Shown: piece after piece, positions 32,239-42,628 of the stretch
Position numbering within the stretch: position 1 is the first letter of the stretch
How the letters are laid out: every line of letters begins with the position of its first letter
DNA from: Thermoplasmata archaeon
GTDB lineage: Archaea > Thermoplasmatota > Thermoplasmata > Methanomassiliicoccales > Methanomethylophilaceae
Assembly: GCA_015063235.1 (NCBI GenBank)
Contig: SUSW01000033.1
Location: 5,773-69,772, forward strand
DNA length: 64,000 nt
Direction: 5' to 3'
Program-made: the position numbers and the translations under genes
Notes under the pieces: model-generated
What the model was told of the DNA's origin: nothing
Database searches by the model: none
Seen by the model: the letters and a program-made list of their open reading frames with translations, nothing else

Positions 32239-34233
32239 ATGAGTGATAGCTCACGCAGGGATAGCATAGGCTCTCGCGGTTTACTCGGCCGTATGAGATT
32301 GCCAAAATTCAGTGTTCGGCTAGGTGATGCCGACGCACCGCGCAGGGAGGTCGAACAGTTCTCAGGCTTTACAAGCCTCTTCCGTAAGACCTCAGCCGAT
32401 AGCAACGGGCCGGCAGCGACCGGCATGGACCTTGACCTCGGTCAGATGGGATACGACCGCTTCGAGGTATTGAAAGGTCAGAACATTTATATTCAGAGCG
32501 AGTCCGAGAGGTCGATCTTCGCCGACAGCGGGATGGCTTTCGAGGACTTGAACACCTATGAGCCCGCAGCGACTGACGGAAGGTCGCAGGCGGAGGCTCA
32601 GGCGGCTAACGAGAACGAGTATTTCGACGAGCCCTCTGCAGATCTTACGGTAGAGGGATCAGAAGAGGTACAGGCCACGGAGCCTGCGGGGGAGAACACC
32701 CCGATTGAGGCCCAGACGGCAAAGGAACCGGAAGATACAGAGGGATATCCCGAGTACGAGAAGGAAAAGGAATCAGCAGCAGAAGAGCCGGAGGACTGGT
32801 TCGACGACGAGCCTTCCGACACTGCACACATATCGATCGAGGATCTGTTCGGGAACGTCAAGCGCGGTAGCGACGGTTACGTCAATACCGATGTCGGTGT
32901 CGTTGACAACGGCATCGTCATGCCCGTTCCGGAGTCAGAACCCGAGACGGTGCATCTAGAGGACTTCGATGCACCCGTGATCAGGCCAGTCGGGCTGATG
33001 GAGAGGGAAGGAATAGTTCCTGAGGAGGCAGGGATGAAAGATTCCGAACCTGAGTCCGTTGACGCTGTTCTCGAGGCGTCCGTTCCCCAGACCGAGGAAA
33101 GTATAATCCTGCTCGGAGCACCAGCACCCACACTCTCATTGGCGGCACCGGTATACGTACCGGTCGCCGAGACCTATTGGGAGATCACCGAAGAGGCGTC
33201 AGCCGCTTTCGGTGCTTTCATAACCATCCAGCCGGAGTTCCCGAAGACTGACAAACCTTGGGAGCTCTCGGAGGAAGCCGTATCCGCGTACGGTGCGTTC
33301 CTTACCATAAAACCCGAGTACGAGACCACGGAGGTACCGTGGGAGATCACAGAGGATGCAGCATCCGCATTCGGATCGTATCTGTCCATCAGACCTGAAT
33401 ACCCGGCCGAGGAGGTAGCCTGGAGTATCGGTGACGATGCAGCATCCGCATTCGGATCGTACCTCGCATTAACACCTGAATATGCAGATCCCGAGATCGA
33501 CTGGGATCTTTCGGATGAAGCCGTATCCGCATTCGGATCGTATCTGTCCATCAGACCTGAATATCCGGTCGAGGAGGTAGCCTGGAGTATCGGTGACGAT
33601 GCAGCATCCGCGTACGGTGCGTTCCTTATCATAGAACCCGAATACACTGCCGCAGAGATCCCTGTCCCCGAGTGGGATGTCAGCGATGACGCGGCGGTGG
33701 CATACAGCGACTTCAAGACATTGGAAGCCGATTACTTCCGTCAGCAGTTCATGGCGGCCCTGCCGGGTACCGTTGCAATTCCAAGGATGGAGGCTAAACC
33801 CCTGGAGCAGCGTGAGTCCGAGATCGACGCGATCGCCATAACTGCAGTATCCGAAGCCGTCGCAGTGACCTCGACCGCCGACAATGGTGTCGGCGCAGAT
33901 GTGCTCAGCGACCCCATGCTAGTTAAGGAGAACATCGAGATCAGACCGGAGCCTAAGCTTGAGAACGGCTGCGAAGCGCGCACCAGCCGTTTCGTATTCA
34001 AGGACGGAAGGCTCCAGAAGGTCCCCGTTGAGATGGCCGCCCCAGCCGCAGACATCAAAGCGGATTTCGACATGGAGTACGCTCCCGTCCCTGAGATCAA
34101 GGAGGAATCCTTCAGGGCTCCACTGACAATGGAAGAGGAGCAGCCTATCATGAAACCGAAGGCGGCAAAGCTCGTGGCCTTCGGTTTCGGACAATCAGAA
34201 ACCAACAGCGGGAATGTCAGATTCGAGTTCTGA
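32239..34233 (+). CDS. Very acidic hypothetical protein with seven ~27-aa internal repeats
   Basis: Long ORF; repeats W.(I/L)...A..A(F/Y)G.(F/Y)L.I.PE(Y/F). Confidence 0.75.
   Translation: MSDSSRRDSIGSRGLLGRMRLPKFSVRLGDADAPRREVEQFSGFTSLFRKTSADSNGPAATGMDLDLGQMGYDRFEVLKGQNIYIQSESERSIFADSGMAFEDLNTYEPAATDGRSQAEAQAANENEYFDEPSADLTVEGSEEVQATEPAGENTPIEAQTAKEPEDTEGYPEYEKEKESAAEEPEDWFDDEPSDTAHISIEDLFGNVKRGSDGYVNTDVGVVDNGIVMPVPESEPETVHLEDFDAPVIRPVGLMEREGIVPEEAGMKDSEPESVDAVLEASVPQTEESIILLGAPAPTLSLAAPVYVPVAETYWEITEEASAAFGAFITIQPEFPKTDKPWELSEEAVSAYGAFLTIKPEYETTEVPWEITEDAASAFGSYLSIRPEYPAEEVAWSIGDDAASAFGSYLALTPEYADPEIDWDLSDEAVSAFGSYLSIRPEYPVEEVAWSIGDDAASAYGAFLIIEPEYTAAEIPVPEWDVSDDAAVAYSDFKTLEADYFRQQFMAALPGTVAIPRMEAKPLEQRESEIDAIAITAVSEAVAVTSTADNGVGADVLSDPMLVKENIEIRPEPKLENGCEARTSRFVFKDGRLQKVPVEMAAPAADIKADFDMEYAPVPEIKEESFRAPLTMEEEQPIMKPKAAKLVAFGFGQSETNSGNVRFEF
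33178..33735 (+). repeat. 81-bp coding tandem repeat (~7 units)
   Basis: Trp codons at 33178, 33259, 33340, 33421, 33502, 33583, then 33673; near-identical DNA between units. Confidence 0.85.
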
Positions 34234-34307
34234 ACCCGCTGCAAACCTCTTCTCACCAAACCCCTTCCCGCGATTCTTTATTATAATTTCATACGGTACA
34301 GTCTGAC

Positions 34308-35582
34308 ATGGATATGATGGAGATCCTGTTCGCGATGGCCGTGATATTGGCTCTTGCGCGTCTAGGATCTATTATATTTGCCAAGCTGGGGCTGCCCGGA
34401 CTAATTGGTGAGATACTGGTAGGGGTTCTTATCGCCAACATCGCTGGCGGAGCCTTCATGACTGATATTCTGAACATAGATGTTGCGGCACCCAATGATA
34501 ACTACGAGGTCCTGCACGTCCTTGCTGAGCTCGGAGTGATGTTCCTTCTGTTCTCAGTGGGTCTCGAGACCAAGGTCAAGGATCTGCTCGGTTCAGGGAA
34601 ATCCGCGTTCCTGTGCGCACTGCTGGGAGTCATCCTGCCGTTCTTGGCTGGTTTCGCACTGATAGTCGCCTTAGGGGATTATGGCACCAATGCCGCGATG
34701 TTCATGGGAGCGGCGATGGTAGCAACATCCGTCGGTATCACCGCCCGTATCATCAAGGACATGAAGCTGATGGATGCCAAAGAGTCGCGCATAATCATTG
34801 CCGCGGCAGTCATCGATGATGTCCTCGGAATGGTCGTTCTTGCCATCGTGCAGGGGTTGGCGACAAGCGAAGGCGACCTCAACATAATGGATCTGGCGAT
34901 AATAATAATCAAAGCGGTGGCGTTCGTCCTTGTTGCTATCGGCATAGCCAAATGGATCGTCCCGAGGATCCACGATTTCTTCGACGAAAGGAACAGAAAG
35001 ATCGTGGCATCCGGAAAGGTCCCGTATTCGATCAACAAGCTGGTCCTGGCAATCATCGTCTGCTTGTTCATGTCATATCTGGCGGAGTACATGGGTCTAG
35101 CAGCCATCATCGGAGCGTTCCTGGCAGGAATGATGTTCGCCAACTACGCATGGGAGTGGGAGCTGGAGCATAAGATCGAGGCCATCACGTCATTCCTGAT
35201 CTCGTTCTTCTTCGTCAACGTCGGACTGCAGGTAGACCTCAGCACCATGACCGAGATGTCTGTGCTGCTCCTTGCAGGAATCGTCATAGTGCTGGCGCTG
35301 CTCACCAAGTACATCGGCTGCGGTATCGGAGCAAGAATTGGGGACAAGACCGTGGACAAATCCTCTATGAACATCATCGGTGTCGGAATGATGCCGAGAG
35401 GAGAGGTCGGAATCATCATTGCGGCAATCGGTCTGGCGTCCGGAGTAATGTCATCCGATCTTTACGGAGTGGTCGTCCTGATGTCAGTCGCCACCACTAT
35501 CATAGCGCCTCCGATACTTTCGTCGCTCTTCAAGAAGAAGTACAAGGAAGAGTACACGATCGTACCCGAAGACAATCTTTGA
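34308..35582 (+). CDS. Cation:proton antiporter (CPA2/NapA-like)
   Basis: GLET, ATSVGIT, AAVIDD, MMPRGEV. Confidence 0.9.
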   Translation: MDMMEILFAMAVILALARLGSIIFAKLGLPGLIGEILVGVLIANIAGGAFMTDILNIDVAAPNDNYEVLHVLAELGVMFLLFSVGLETKVKDLLGSGKSAFLCALLGVILPFLAGFALIVALGDYGTNAAMFMGAAMVATSVGITARIIKDMKLMDAKESRIIIAAAVIDDVLGMVVLAIVQGLATSEGDLNIMDLAIIIIKAVAFVLVAIGIAKWIVPRIHDFFDERNRKIVASGKVPYSINKLVLAIIVCLFMSYLAEYMGLAAIIGAFLAGMMFANYAWEWELEHKIEAITSFLISFFFVNVGLQVDLSTMTEMSVLLLAGIVIVLALLTKYIGCGIGARIGDKTVDKSSMNIIGVGMMPRGEVGIIIAAIGLASGVMSSDLYGVVVLMSVATTIIAPPILSSLFKKKYKEEYTIVPEDNL

Positions 35583-35671
35583 AACTCTATCTGGGGGAAA
35601 GTTCCCCCTTCTTCTTCATAGTTAATACTTTATTCTTCGGATGAGGTCTCCTCCCTCATTGGTGCTGTTCT

Positions 35672-37084
35672 ATGTCATACGAATCGTTCATTGACATGGT
35701 CTGGGAATTTGACGATTACCTCTGGTATATCCCGTTGGTGCTGATCGTAGGGCTAGGTCTCTACTCAACATTGAAGCTGAAGGGGATTCAGTTCGTACAG
35801 CTGAAGGAGATGTGCAGGGTAACGTTCTCGATGGAGAAGACTGAGGCTAATCAGATCGCTCCGTTCCAGATTTTCTGTGTAAGTATGGGAAACCGTATCG
35901 GGGTCGGAAATATCGCCGGACCCGTGACCGCTCTCCTGATGGGAGGGCCTGGAGCTATCTTCTGGATGTGGGTGTTCGCCACTCTGGGAGGAGCTACAAG
36001 TTTTGTTGAGACCACTGTCGGACAGATCTTCAAGAGCCGCGACGCGGAAGGAAGATTCATAGGAGGTCCTGCGCACAACGTCGCCAAGGGACTGAAATCA
36101 AAGAAGTTCGGTCTTGCTGTCGCAGTGCTCATGATCGCCGTGTATATCGGCGGTTATGTCCTCTCCGAGATTTCTACAATTTCAACTTCATTCACAGGCG
36201 CTTACGACTTCGAATACAACCATCTCGTGATAGCGTTCATCCTGTGCGTGATCGCATTCCTGGTCGCGATAGGGGGATTCAAGAGGGTCGCTCAGATCTC
36301 GACCGTCATCGTGCCTTTCATGGCCTTTGCATGGATCATATTATGTCTTGTCGTCATCGGAATAAACATCGACGGCCTCCCATCTGGGGTAAGGGCCATT
36401 TTCGAATGCGCCTTCAACGTTCCGGCAGCCGTGGGCGGAGGAGTCGGTGCGATGATCACGATCGCATTGAGGAGAGGTGTCTGGTCCAACGAGGCCGGAG
36501 AAGGTACCATCACTAACATCTCGTCATCGGCCGCCGTTGCACACCCGGCCAGACAGGGACTTTCCCAGTCCATAGGCGTACTGTTCGATACGATGATCAG
36601 TACCATCACCGCTCTGGTCATCCTGAGCTGTTTGGATGTGGATCAAATTCTTGAATCAGGAAAAGATTCGATGCCCCTCTTGCAGGAGGTTATGGAATTA
36701 TCGATTGGAGGAATAGCTCCTACGCTGGTCTTCTTCTTCATGTTCCTGTTCGCCATCACGTGCTTCATGGGAGATTATGTGATAGGTGAGAACAATCTGA
36801 AGTTCATCACCAGCAATCCGAAGGCGAGATGGGGTCTGGTGATAGTGACCATGTGCATCGTCGCATTCTCCGCATATTACGGATCGGACGGTCTGTATGC
36901 CATAATGGATGTCCTGCTGGCCATATGCGGTATAGTCAACTGTTTTGTGATGTTCAAGCTGGGCAAGTACGCATGGGAGGCCTGGAAGGACTATATGGAG
37001 CAGAAGAAGGCCGGTATCAAGGATCCGGTGTTCCACAAATCCGCGCTGTCCAATTCGGAAGGCGTGACCGAGTGGGACGACTGA
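35672..37084 (+). CDS. Alanine/glycine:cation symporter (AgcS family)
   Basis: GVGNIAG, GGPGAIFWMW, SNEAGEG. Confidence 0.9.
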   Translation: MSYESFIDMVWEFDDYLWYIPLVLIVGLGLYSTLKLKGIQFVQLKEMCRVTFSMEKTEANQIAPFQIFCVSMGNRIGVGNIAGPVTALLMGGPGAIFWMWVFATLGGATSFVETTVGQIFKSRDAEGRFIGGPAHNVAKGLKSKKFGLAVAVLMIAVYIGGYVLSEISTISTSFTGAYDFEYNHLVIAFILCVIAFLVAIGGFKRVAQISTVIVPFMAFAWIILCLVVIGINIDGLPSGVRAIFECAFNVPAAVGGGVGAMITIALRRGVWSNEAGEGTITNISSSAAVAHPARQGLSQSIGVLFDTMISTITALVILSCLDVDQILESGKDSMPLLQEVMELSIGGIAPTLVFFFMFLFAITCFMGDYVIGENNLKFITSNPKARWGLVIVTMCIVAFSAYYGSDGLYAIMDVLLAICGIVNCFVMFKLGKYAWEAWKDYMEQKKAGIKDPVFHKSALSNSEGVTEWDD

Positions 37085-37134
37085 AACATTCATGGCCGTC
37101 CGCTCAGGCGGCGGCCGTTTTACTTATCTATTTC

Positions 37135-37163
37135 AGTAATACGAATTGTATAATGGTGTTACT
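37135..37163. repeat. 29-bp quasi-palindrome, copy 3 (AGTAATACGAATTGTATAATGGTGTTACT)
   Basis: Degenerate copy with the same length and orientation; between convergent genes. Confidence 0.75.
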
Positions 37164-37250
37164 ACGGACGTCGACCCAGCATGTAAAGGATGGCCTAGGT
37201 CAAACTGAATCATTGCTTTTCAGAAACCGATTGACAGGCAAACTGAAAGC

Positions 37251-37415
37251 TCAGAGGGAGAAGAAAATGGAACAGATCTCCACAATGACGATGACTGCGA
37301 TGGCGATTCCGATGACTGCATAGGGGCTGACTTTGATACCCTTTTCGTTCTCAACGTCGAAGTATCTCATCAGACCTGCGGAAGACTGGAAACCGCTGTC
37401 GTTTTTCTTTGCCAT
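37251..37415 (-). CDS. secG: Preprotein translocase subunit Sec61beta
   Basis: SSAGLMRYF...KVSP followed by a single TM helix. Confidence 0.9.
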   Translation of the reverse strand: MAKKNDSGFQSSAGLMRYFDVENEKGIKVSPYAVIGIAIAVIVIVEICSIFFSL

Positions 37416-37570
37416 ACAGGAGCGAATTAGGGAGAAATATAAAAACACTATGCAGGAAGCGTCTTCGGAGGTCCGATCCTCTGTCTTCAAACAGCCGCCG
37501 CAGACGATTTCATAGGTACACTTAACCGAAACCCATTTTTATTATACATATATAGCGAGGCTCGATTAGA

Positions 37571-39121
37571 ATGCATTGGGCAGATGTTATCGCAAAGGAG
37601 GTGGCGGAGACCTGCGAGCACCCGTTGATCGCTACAGGTATCAGCCCCACCGGAATCATACATGTAGGAAGCCTCAGGGAAGCCATCACGGGAGAATCGA
37701 TCCGCAGCGCAGTGGCCTCAAAAGGCAAGGATGTCAGACTTATCTATCTCATCGACTCGTTTGATCCCCTCAGGAAAAGGTATGAGTTCCTCCCCGAGGA
37801 GTACGAGAAGTATGTAGGCATGCCGATCTGTATGATCCCGTGTCCCTGCGGTAAGCACAGGAACTATGCCCATCACTTCATTCAGCCCTTCCTCGATGCC
37901 GTCGATTCCCTGGAGGTCCACTGCGAGATCGTATGGACCCATGAGCTCTATGCCAACGGGGACTTCGCCAAATGGATCGACCTGGCTCTCACCAAGAGGC
38001 AGGAGGTCATCAAGATCCTGCACGAAGTCACAGGGAAGGAGGAGGATCCCAACTACGCACCTTACAACCCGCTCTGCCCAGATTGCGGACGCTTCTGCAA
38101 GCCTGTGTTCGAATCCTACAAGTTCCCTAATCTCGGTTACGAGTGTAAGTGCGGATCCAAGGGAACCATCGACATACGCAAGATGGAGGGAAAGCTCACA
38201 TGGAGGCTCGAATGGCCTGCCAAGTGGATGATCTTCGGAACATCCGCCGAGCCCTTCGGAAAGGACCATGCTGCGGCGGGAGGATCCTACGATTCAGGAA
38301 AGAGACTAGTCTCAGAGATATTCGGAGGAAAAGCTCCCTACCCCATACCCTATGAGTTCGTGCAGCTTAAGTCCGGCGGACAGATCGTGCAGATGCACAA
38401 GTCCCTCGGAAGCGCCGTCACGGGATTGGATGCCATAGGCATGACGCCTCCCGAGGTGCTCAACTACCTGTTCCTCAGGACACTGCCCTCAAGGACCATC
38501 GACTACGATTACGGAATGGGACTCCTTGACATGACCGATGAGTACGACAGGATGGAGAGGGCCTACTTCGCCAACGAGTTCACCGAGGCGGAGGAGAACA
38601 ATGTGAGCGCATACGTCATCGCGCAGCACAATCACATCCCGGAGAAACTGCCCAAGCAGATCTCCTACAGGCATCTCGTGAACGTGGTCCAGATGACCAA
38701 GGACTTCGACGGAGTACTGGAGGTACTGGGAAGGACAGAGGACATGTCCGACATCACCGATGCCGATATCAAGAGACTCAAGGTAAGGGTCGAGTGCATC
38801 AAGTACTGGCTGGACGGATTCGCGCCCGAGAACGTCAAGTTCTCAATCCAGGAATCGATCCCTGCGGATATCGAAATCTCCGATGCGGAGAAGACATACT
38901 TCAAATCATTGAAGGCCAAGCTGGCGGACTGTGAGTGGAACGCCGAAGCCATCAACGGGTCTGTGACGGATACCGCAAAGGATTCCATAGGCAACAAAGG
39001 CGCTTTCAAGGCCATGTACAGGATCCTGATAGGAAAGAATATGGGTCCGAGGCTCGGACCGTTCCTGGCAAGTATGGACAGGCAGTTCGTTCTTGGTAGG
39101 CTGGAACAGGCCTCGCAGTGA
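37571..39121 (+). CDS. lysS: Class I lysyl-tRNA synthetase
   Basis: MHWAD, GISPTG..HVG, EPFGKDH, GPRLG. Confidence 0.95.
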   Translation: MHWADVIAKEVAETCEHPLIATGISPTGIIHVGSLREAITGESIRSAVASKGKDVRLIYLIDSFDPLRKRYEFLPEEYEKYVGMPICMIPCPCGKHRNYAHHFIQPFLDAVDSLEVHCEIVWTHELYANGDFAKWIDLALTKRQEVIKILHEVTGKEEDPNYAPYNPLCPDCGRFCKPVFESYKFPNLGYECKCGSKGTIDIRKMEGKLTWRLEWPAKWMIFGTSAEPFGKDHAAAGGSYDSGKRLVSEIFGGKAPYPIPYEFVQLKSGGQIVQMHKSLGSAVTGLDAIGMTPPEVLNYLFLRTLPSRTIDYDYGMGLLDMTDEYDRMERAYFANEFTEAEENNVSAYVIAQHNHIPEKLPKQISYRHLVNVVQMTKDFDGVLEVLGRTEDMSDITDADIKRLKVRVECIKYWLDGFAPENVKFSIQESIPADIEISDAEKTYFKSLKAKLADCEWNAEAINGSVTDTAKDSIGNKGAFKAMYRILIGKNMGPRLGPFLASMDRQFVLGRLEQASQ

Positions 39122-39173
39122 ACCGATGGGGAGCAATCCCCATGTTTTTATCGACGGATAGGGATGAGGGGTC

Positions 39174-39482
39174 ATGGAACGCAGCAATTTTCCAATGTAT
39201 GTGACGTTCGCCGGCATCTTCGTCACAGTGCTGTCATTCCTGCTGTACGTCTTCTTCCCTAACACATTCATCATAGTGTTCTTCGTCATCGGTTTGATCA
39301 TGATGCTGTCAGGCTACGTGGTCATCGAGAGGAACTACAGGTCCGTGAGCAGGAGGCTTGAAGAGGCGAAAGCATACTCGGAATCCAGCGGAGAGGCGGA
39401 GATGGGTGAGGTCATCTGTCTTGACGGCGAATACATCCCTATGGAAGAATGCGGACCGATTGAATCCCTGGAGAATCTCTGA
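39174..39482 (+). CDS. Small two-TM hypothetical protein
   Basis: Two hydrophobic helices; TGATG coupling to the next gene. Confidence 0.6.
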   Translation: MERSNFPMYVTFAGIFVTVLSFLLYVFFPNTFIIVFFVIGLIMMLSGYVVIERNYRSVSRRLEEAKAYSESSGEAEMGEVICLDGEYIPMEECGPIESLENL

Positions 39483-40627
39483 TGTCTGCGCTCAACGCAC
39501 GCATCCTCTACATGTTCTTCGATTCCGCCAACATGCACAGGTGGAACGATCACATCACTCCGGTCGATCTGACGGAGATGGACAAGCAGGCCCACAAGGC
39601 CGCGATATCATGGATCATCGGCAAGTTCGAGGAGCAGTCCGGTACCGTCATAGACTGGAGGAAGCTCATAGAGCACCAGATGTTCTCGTTCATACAGCGT
39701 TCGGTGCTCACCGACCTCAAGCCTCAGGTCTTCTACAGGATATCGTCGGAGAGGAGGAAGGAGGTAAACCGGTTCGTCTTCAGCGAGTATGATAGGCTGA
39801 TACCGGATTCGGATCCCGGTTTCAGGCAGAGGTTCAAGGACTATCTGGATTCTGATATGGGTTCCATAGAGGATGAGATTATCAGCGCAGCCCATTACAT
39901 CGCCACCCGCTGGGAGTTCAATCTCATCTACGATTCCAACAGGTCCCTTTATGGAATAGACATAACCCGTCAGGAGATAGAGGATCAGGTCGACCAGCAC
40001 AAGGATCTCAAAGGCGTCAGGGAGATGGCGACGGACAGGAGCGCCACATTCAACTTCGTCGACCTCATAGGACAGCTGAGATTCCAGCAGCGCTGGGCGA
40101 GGACCCCCCGTATACCGAAGACTGCCGTTCTCGGCCATTCTCTTCTTGTGGCGAACATGATGTACCTCTACGATCTCGACAAAGGGGTATCGGACAGGCA
40201 GATCTACAACGATTACTACACGGGACTGTTCCATGATCTTCCGGAGGTGCTGACAAAGGACGTGATCACACCTATCAAGGTGAACGTCTCCGGACTGGCA
40301 GCTCTCCTCGAGGATTACGAGCACGACCTGATCGAGGAGAAGATCATGCCGCTCATCCAGTCTGATTGGCGCGATGAGTTCAGATTCATGGTCTACGATC
40401 CGTTCACGGATGTGGACGATCCGGAATTCGGGAAGCGTGACGGCTTCAATCTGAAGACCTGCGATATGCTGGCCGCGTACATGGAGGCGCATATCTCGAT
40501 ATGCTACGGCGTCAGTAACTCCACGCTCAGGGAAGGTGAGAAGGAGATCCGCGAGAAGCTACTTGCCAGGGAAAAGGGGATCGACACCGTGAAACTGATC
40601 GAGGATCTCGAAAGGATGAATTTCTGA
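39482..40627 (+). CDS. HD-domain protein (tandem YfbR-like domains)
   Basis: RWND, QQRW, VLGHS, FHDLPEVLTKDV. Confidence 0.8.
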   Translation: MSALNARILYMFFDSANMHRWNDHITPVDLTEMDKQAHKAAISWIIGKFEEQSGTVIDWRKLIEHQMFSFIQRSVLTDLKPQVFYRISSERRKEVNRFVFSEYDRLIPDSDPGFRQRFKDYLDSDMGSIEDEIISAAHYIATRWEFNLIYDSNRSLYGIDITRQEIEDQVDQHKDLKGVREMATDRSATFNFVDLIGQLRFQQRWARTPRIPKTAVLGHSLLVANMMYLYDLDKGVSDRQIYNDYYTGLFHDLPEVLTKDVITPIKVNVSGLAALLEDYEHDLIEEKIMPLIQSDWRDEFRFMVYDPFTDVDDPEFGKRDGFNLKTCDMLAAYMEAHISICYGVSNSTLREGEKEIREKLLAREKGIDTVKLIEDLERMNF

Positions 40628-40747
40628 ACCCGAACCTGAATCGGGATCCTTTGAGATTCTGGGTTCTTATCTTTAAATCACCAATGTTCAGCATCTTCCG
40701 AACCAGTTTCGACAGGCTTTATACATGCCTGTGCATTTTCGGTTTTC

Positions 40748-41305
40748 ATGAGGAAAGATTTTGGTTCCAAACCATGTATGTATCCCGAGCCGGTTCTCAT
40801 CGTTGCCACATACAACGATGACGGTACTCCGAACGCTATGAATGCAGCATGGGGAGGGATACACGAGGATCATGAAATCGCATTATGCCTTTCTCCGGAG
40901 CACAAGACCGTTAAGAACATCCTGAAGCGCAAAGCATTCACGGTGAGCTTTGCCACCAAGGAGACCGTCGTCGGGAGCGATTATGTCGGTATCGTCTCAG
41001 GGAACAATGTACCTGATAAGTTCTCCAAGGCAGGATTCCATGCGGACAAGAGCGATAAGGTGGATGCGCCGATGATCAAGGAGCTCCCGATATGCCTCGA
41101 ATGCAGACTTATGAGCTACACTGAGAAGAACTGCGAATGCATAGGCGAGATCGTCAACTTGAGTATCGACGAATCCGTTCTCACCGACGGCAAGGTGGAC
41201 CTCAGGAAATACCATCCGATAATCTACGATGGGCTGAACCATGATTATCTGATGTTCGGCGAGAAGGTCGGGAACGCGTTCTCTGACGGAAAACAGCTCA
41301 AGTGA
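40748..41305 (+). CDS. Flavin reductase/flavoredoxin family protein
   Basis: NAMNAAWGG, HKT, APMIKELP.LEC. Confidence 0.85.
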   Translation: MRKDFGSKPCMYPEPVLIVATYNDDGTPNAMNAAWGGIHEDHEIALCLSPEHKTVKNILKRKAFTVSFATKETVVGSDYVGIVSGNNVPDKFSKAGFHADKSDKVDAPMIKELPICLECRLMSYTEKNCECIGEIVNLSIDESVLTDGKVDLRKYHPIIYDGLNHDYLMFGEKVGNAFSDGKQLK

Positions 41306-41347
41306 AAAACGGACGGGGTCTCCCCCGCCCTTCTTTTGAAGTTTAGA

Positions 41348-42619
41348 TCAGCGTCTGCCGATGACTTCCTGTCCCCTCATGTAGGGCCTCAGGACTTCGG
41401 GGATAGTGATGGTTCCATCCCTGTTCTGATAGTTCTCCATTATGGCGACGACCGTCCTGGGGAGTGCGAGACCGGATCCGTTGAGTGTGTGTACGAACTC
41501 GCTCTTCAGGTGAGGCTCGGGCCTGTACTTGATCCTCGCCCTCCTTGCCTGGAAGTCTGTGAAGTTGGAGCAAGACGATGCCTCGAGCCAGGCATCCTTT
41601 CCGGGTGCGTAGAGCTCGAGATCGTAGCACTTGGAGCATGAGAAGCTCATATCCCCGGTGCATAGCAGAAGTACCCTGTAGGGCAGTTGGAGGCCGTTGA
41701 TGAGGTCCTCCGCGTTCTTCCTCAGCTCCTCGAGCCTCTCGTATGACTTGCTGGGCTCGACGAAGTTGACCATCTCGGTCTTCCTGAACTCGTGGACACG
41801 GATGATACCCTTGGTGTCTGCGTGCTTTCCCACCTCGCGCCTGTACGATGTCAGGTTCGCAGTGTAGAAGATGGGAAGCTGGCCCTTGTCGAGGATCTCG
41901 TCCTGGAGCAGGTTAGTGATAGGCACTTCCGCAGTGGGGTTGAGGTACATATCATCCTTCTGGAGGTAGTACATGTCATCCTTCAGGTTGGGATACTGCC
42001 CGGTACCGATGACCGCAGCTTTGTTGATAACGGCGGGCACGACGAGTTCGGTGTAGCCCTGGTCCTTGTGGACGTCGAGGAAGTAGTTGATGAGGGCGCG
42101 CTCAAGCCTTGCTCCGTCGCCCTTCATGACGTAGAATCCGCTTCCTGCTACCTTGGTACCCCTGTCGAAATCGATGATGTCCAGGTCCTCAGCGAGTTCC
42201 CAGTGCTCTTTGGGTTTGAAATCAAACTTCCTCTTCTCTCCCGCCTCGTACACGACGACATTCTCGGTATCGTCCTTCCCGATGGGGACGGACTCGTGAG
42301 GTATGTTAGGGATGTTAAGGACGCAGTCGTTCCTGATCTCTTCCAGCTCGGCCATACGTGCGTCGTTCGCCTTGATCTTGTCGCCGACGATGCGCATCTC
42401 TGCGATCTTGGCGTCCTTCTCCTCGCCCTTGGGCATCTTGGAGATCTCCATGGAGACATCGTTCCTGGTCTTCCTGAGGCGGTTGTTCTCGTCTGTGAGT
42501 GACCTCCATTCAGAATCTGCCTCGAGGAATCTGTCGAGGATCTTCTCGTCCCTGTTCCTGTTCCTGATCATTGTCCTGATCATGTCAGGATTCGATCTGA
42601 TCACGTTAACGTCTAGCAT
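41348..42619 (-). CDS. serS: Seryl-tRNA synthetase
   Basis: PTAEVP, RRE, RVHEF, SSCSNFTDFQARR, HTLNGSGLA. Confidence 0.95.
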   Translation of the reverse strand: MLDVNVIRSNPDMIRTMIRNRNRDEKILDRFLEADSEWRSLTDENNRLRKTRNDVSMEISKMPKGEEKDAKIAEMRIVGDKIKANDARMAELEEIRNDCVLNIPNIPHESVPIGKDDTENVVVYEAGEKRKFDFKPKEHWELAEDLDIIDFDRGTKVAGSGFYVMKGDGARLERALINYFLDVHKDQGYTELVVPAVINKAAVIGTGQYPNLKDDMYYLQKDDMYLNPTAEVPITNLLQDEILDKGQLPIFYTANLTSYRREVGKHADTKGIIRVHEFRKTEMVNFVEPSKSYERLEELRKNAEDLINGLQLPYRVLLLCTGDMSFSCSKCYDLELYAPGKDAWLEASSCSNFTDFQARRARIKYRPEPHLKSEFVHTLNGSGLALPRTVVAIMENYQNRDGTITIPEVLRPYMRGQEVIGRR

Positions 42620-42628
42620 CTCATTACC

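Noticed and set aside
33178-33735. CRISPR array
   Set aside because: It is an in-frame 81-bp coding repeat without unique spacers.
37164-37250. Possible small RNA between the AgcS and Sec61beta genes
   Set aside because: Only weak, imperfect hairpins and no clear C/D boxes.
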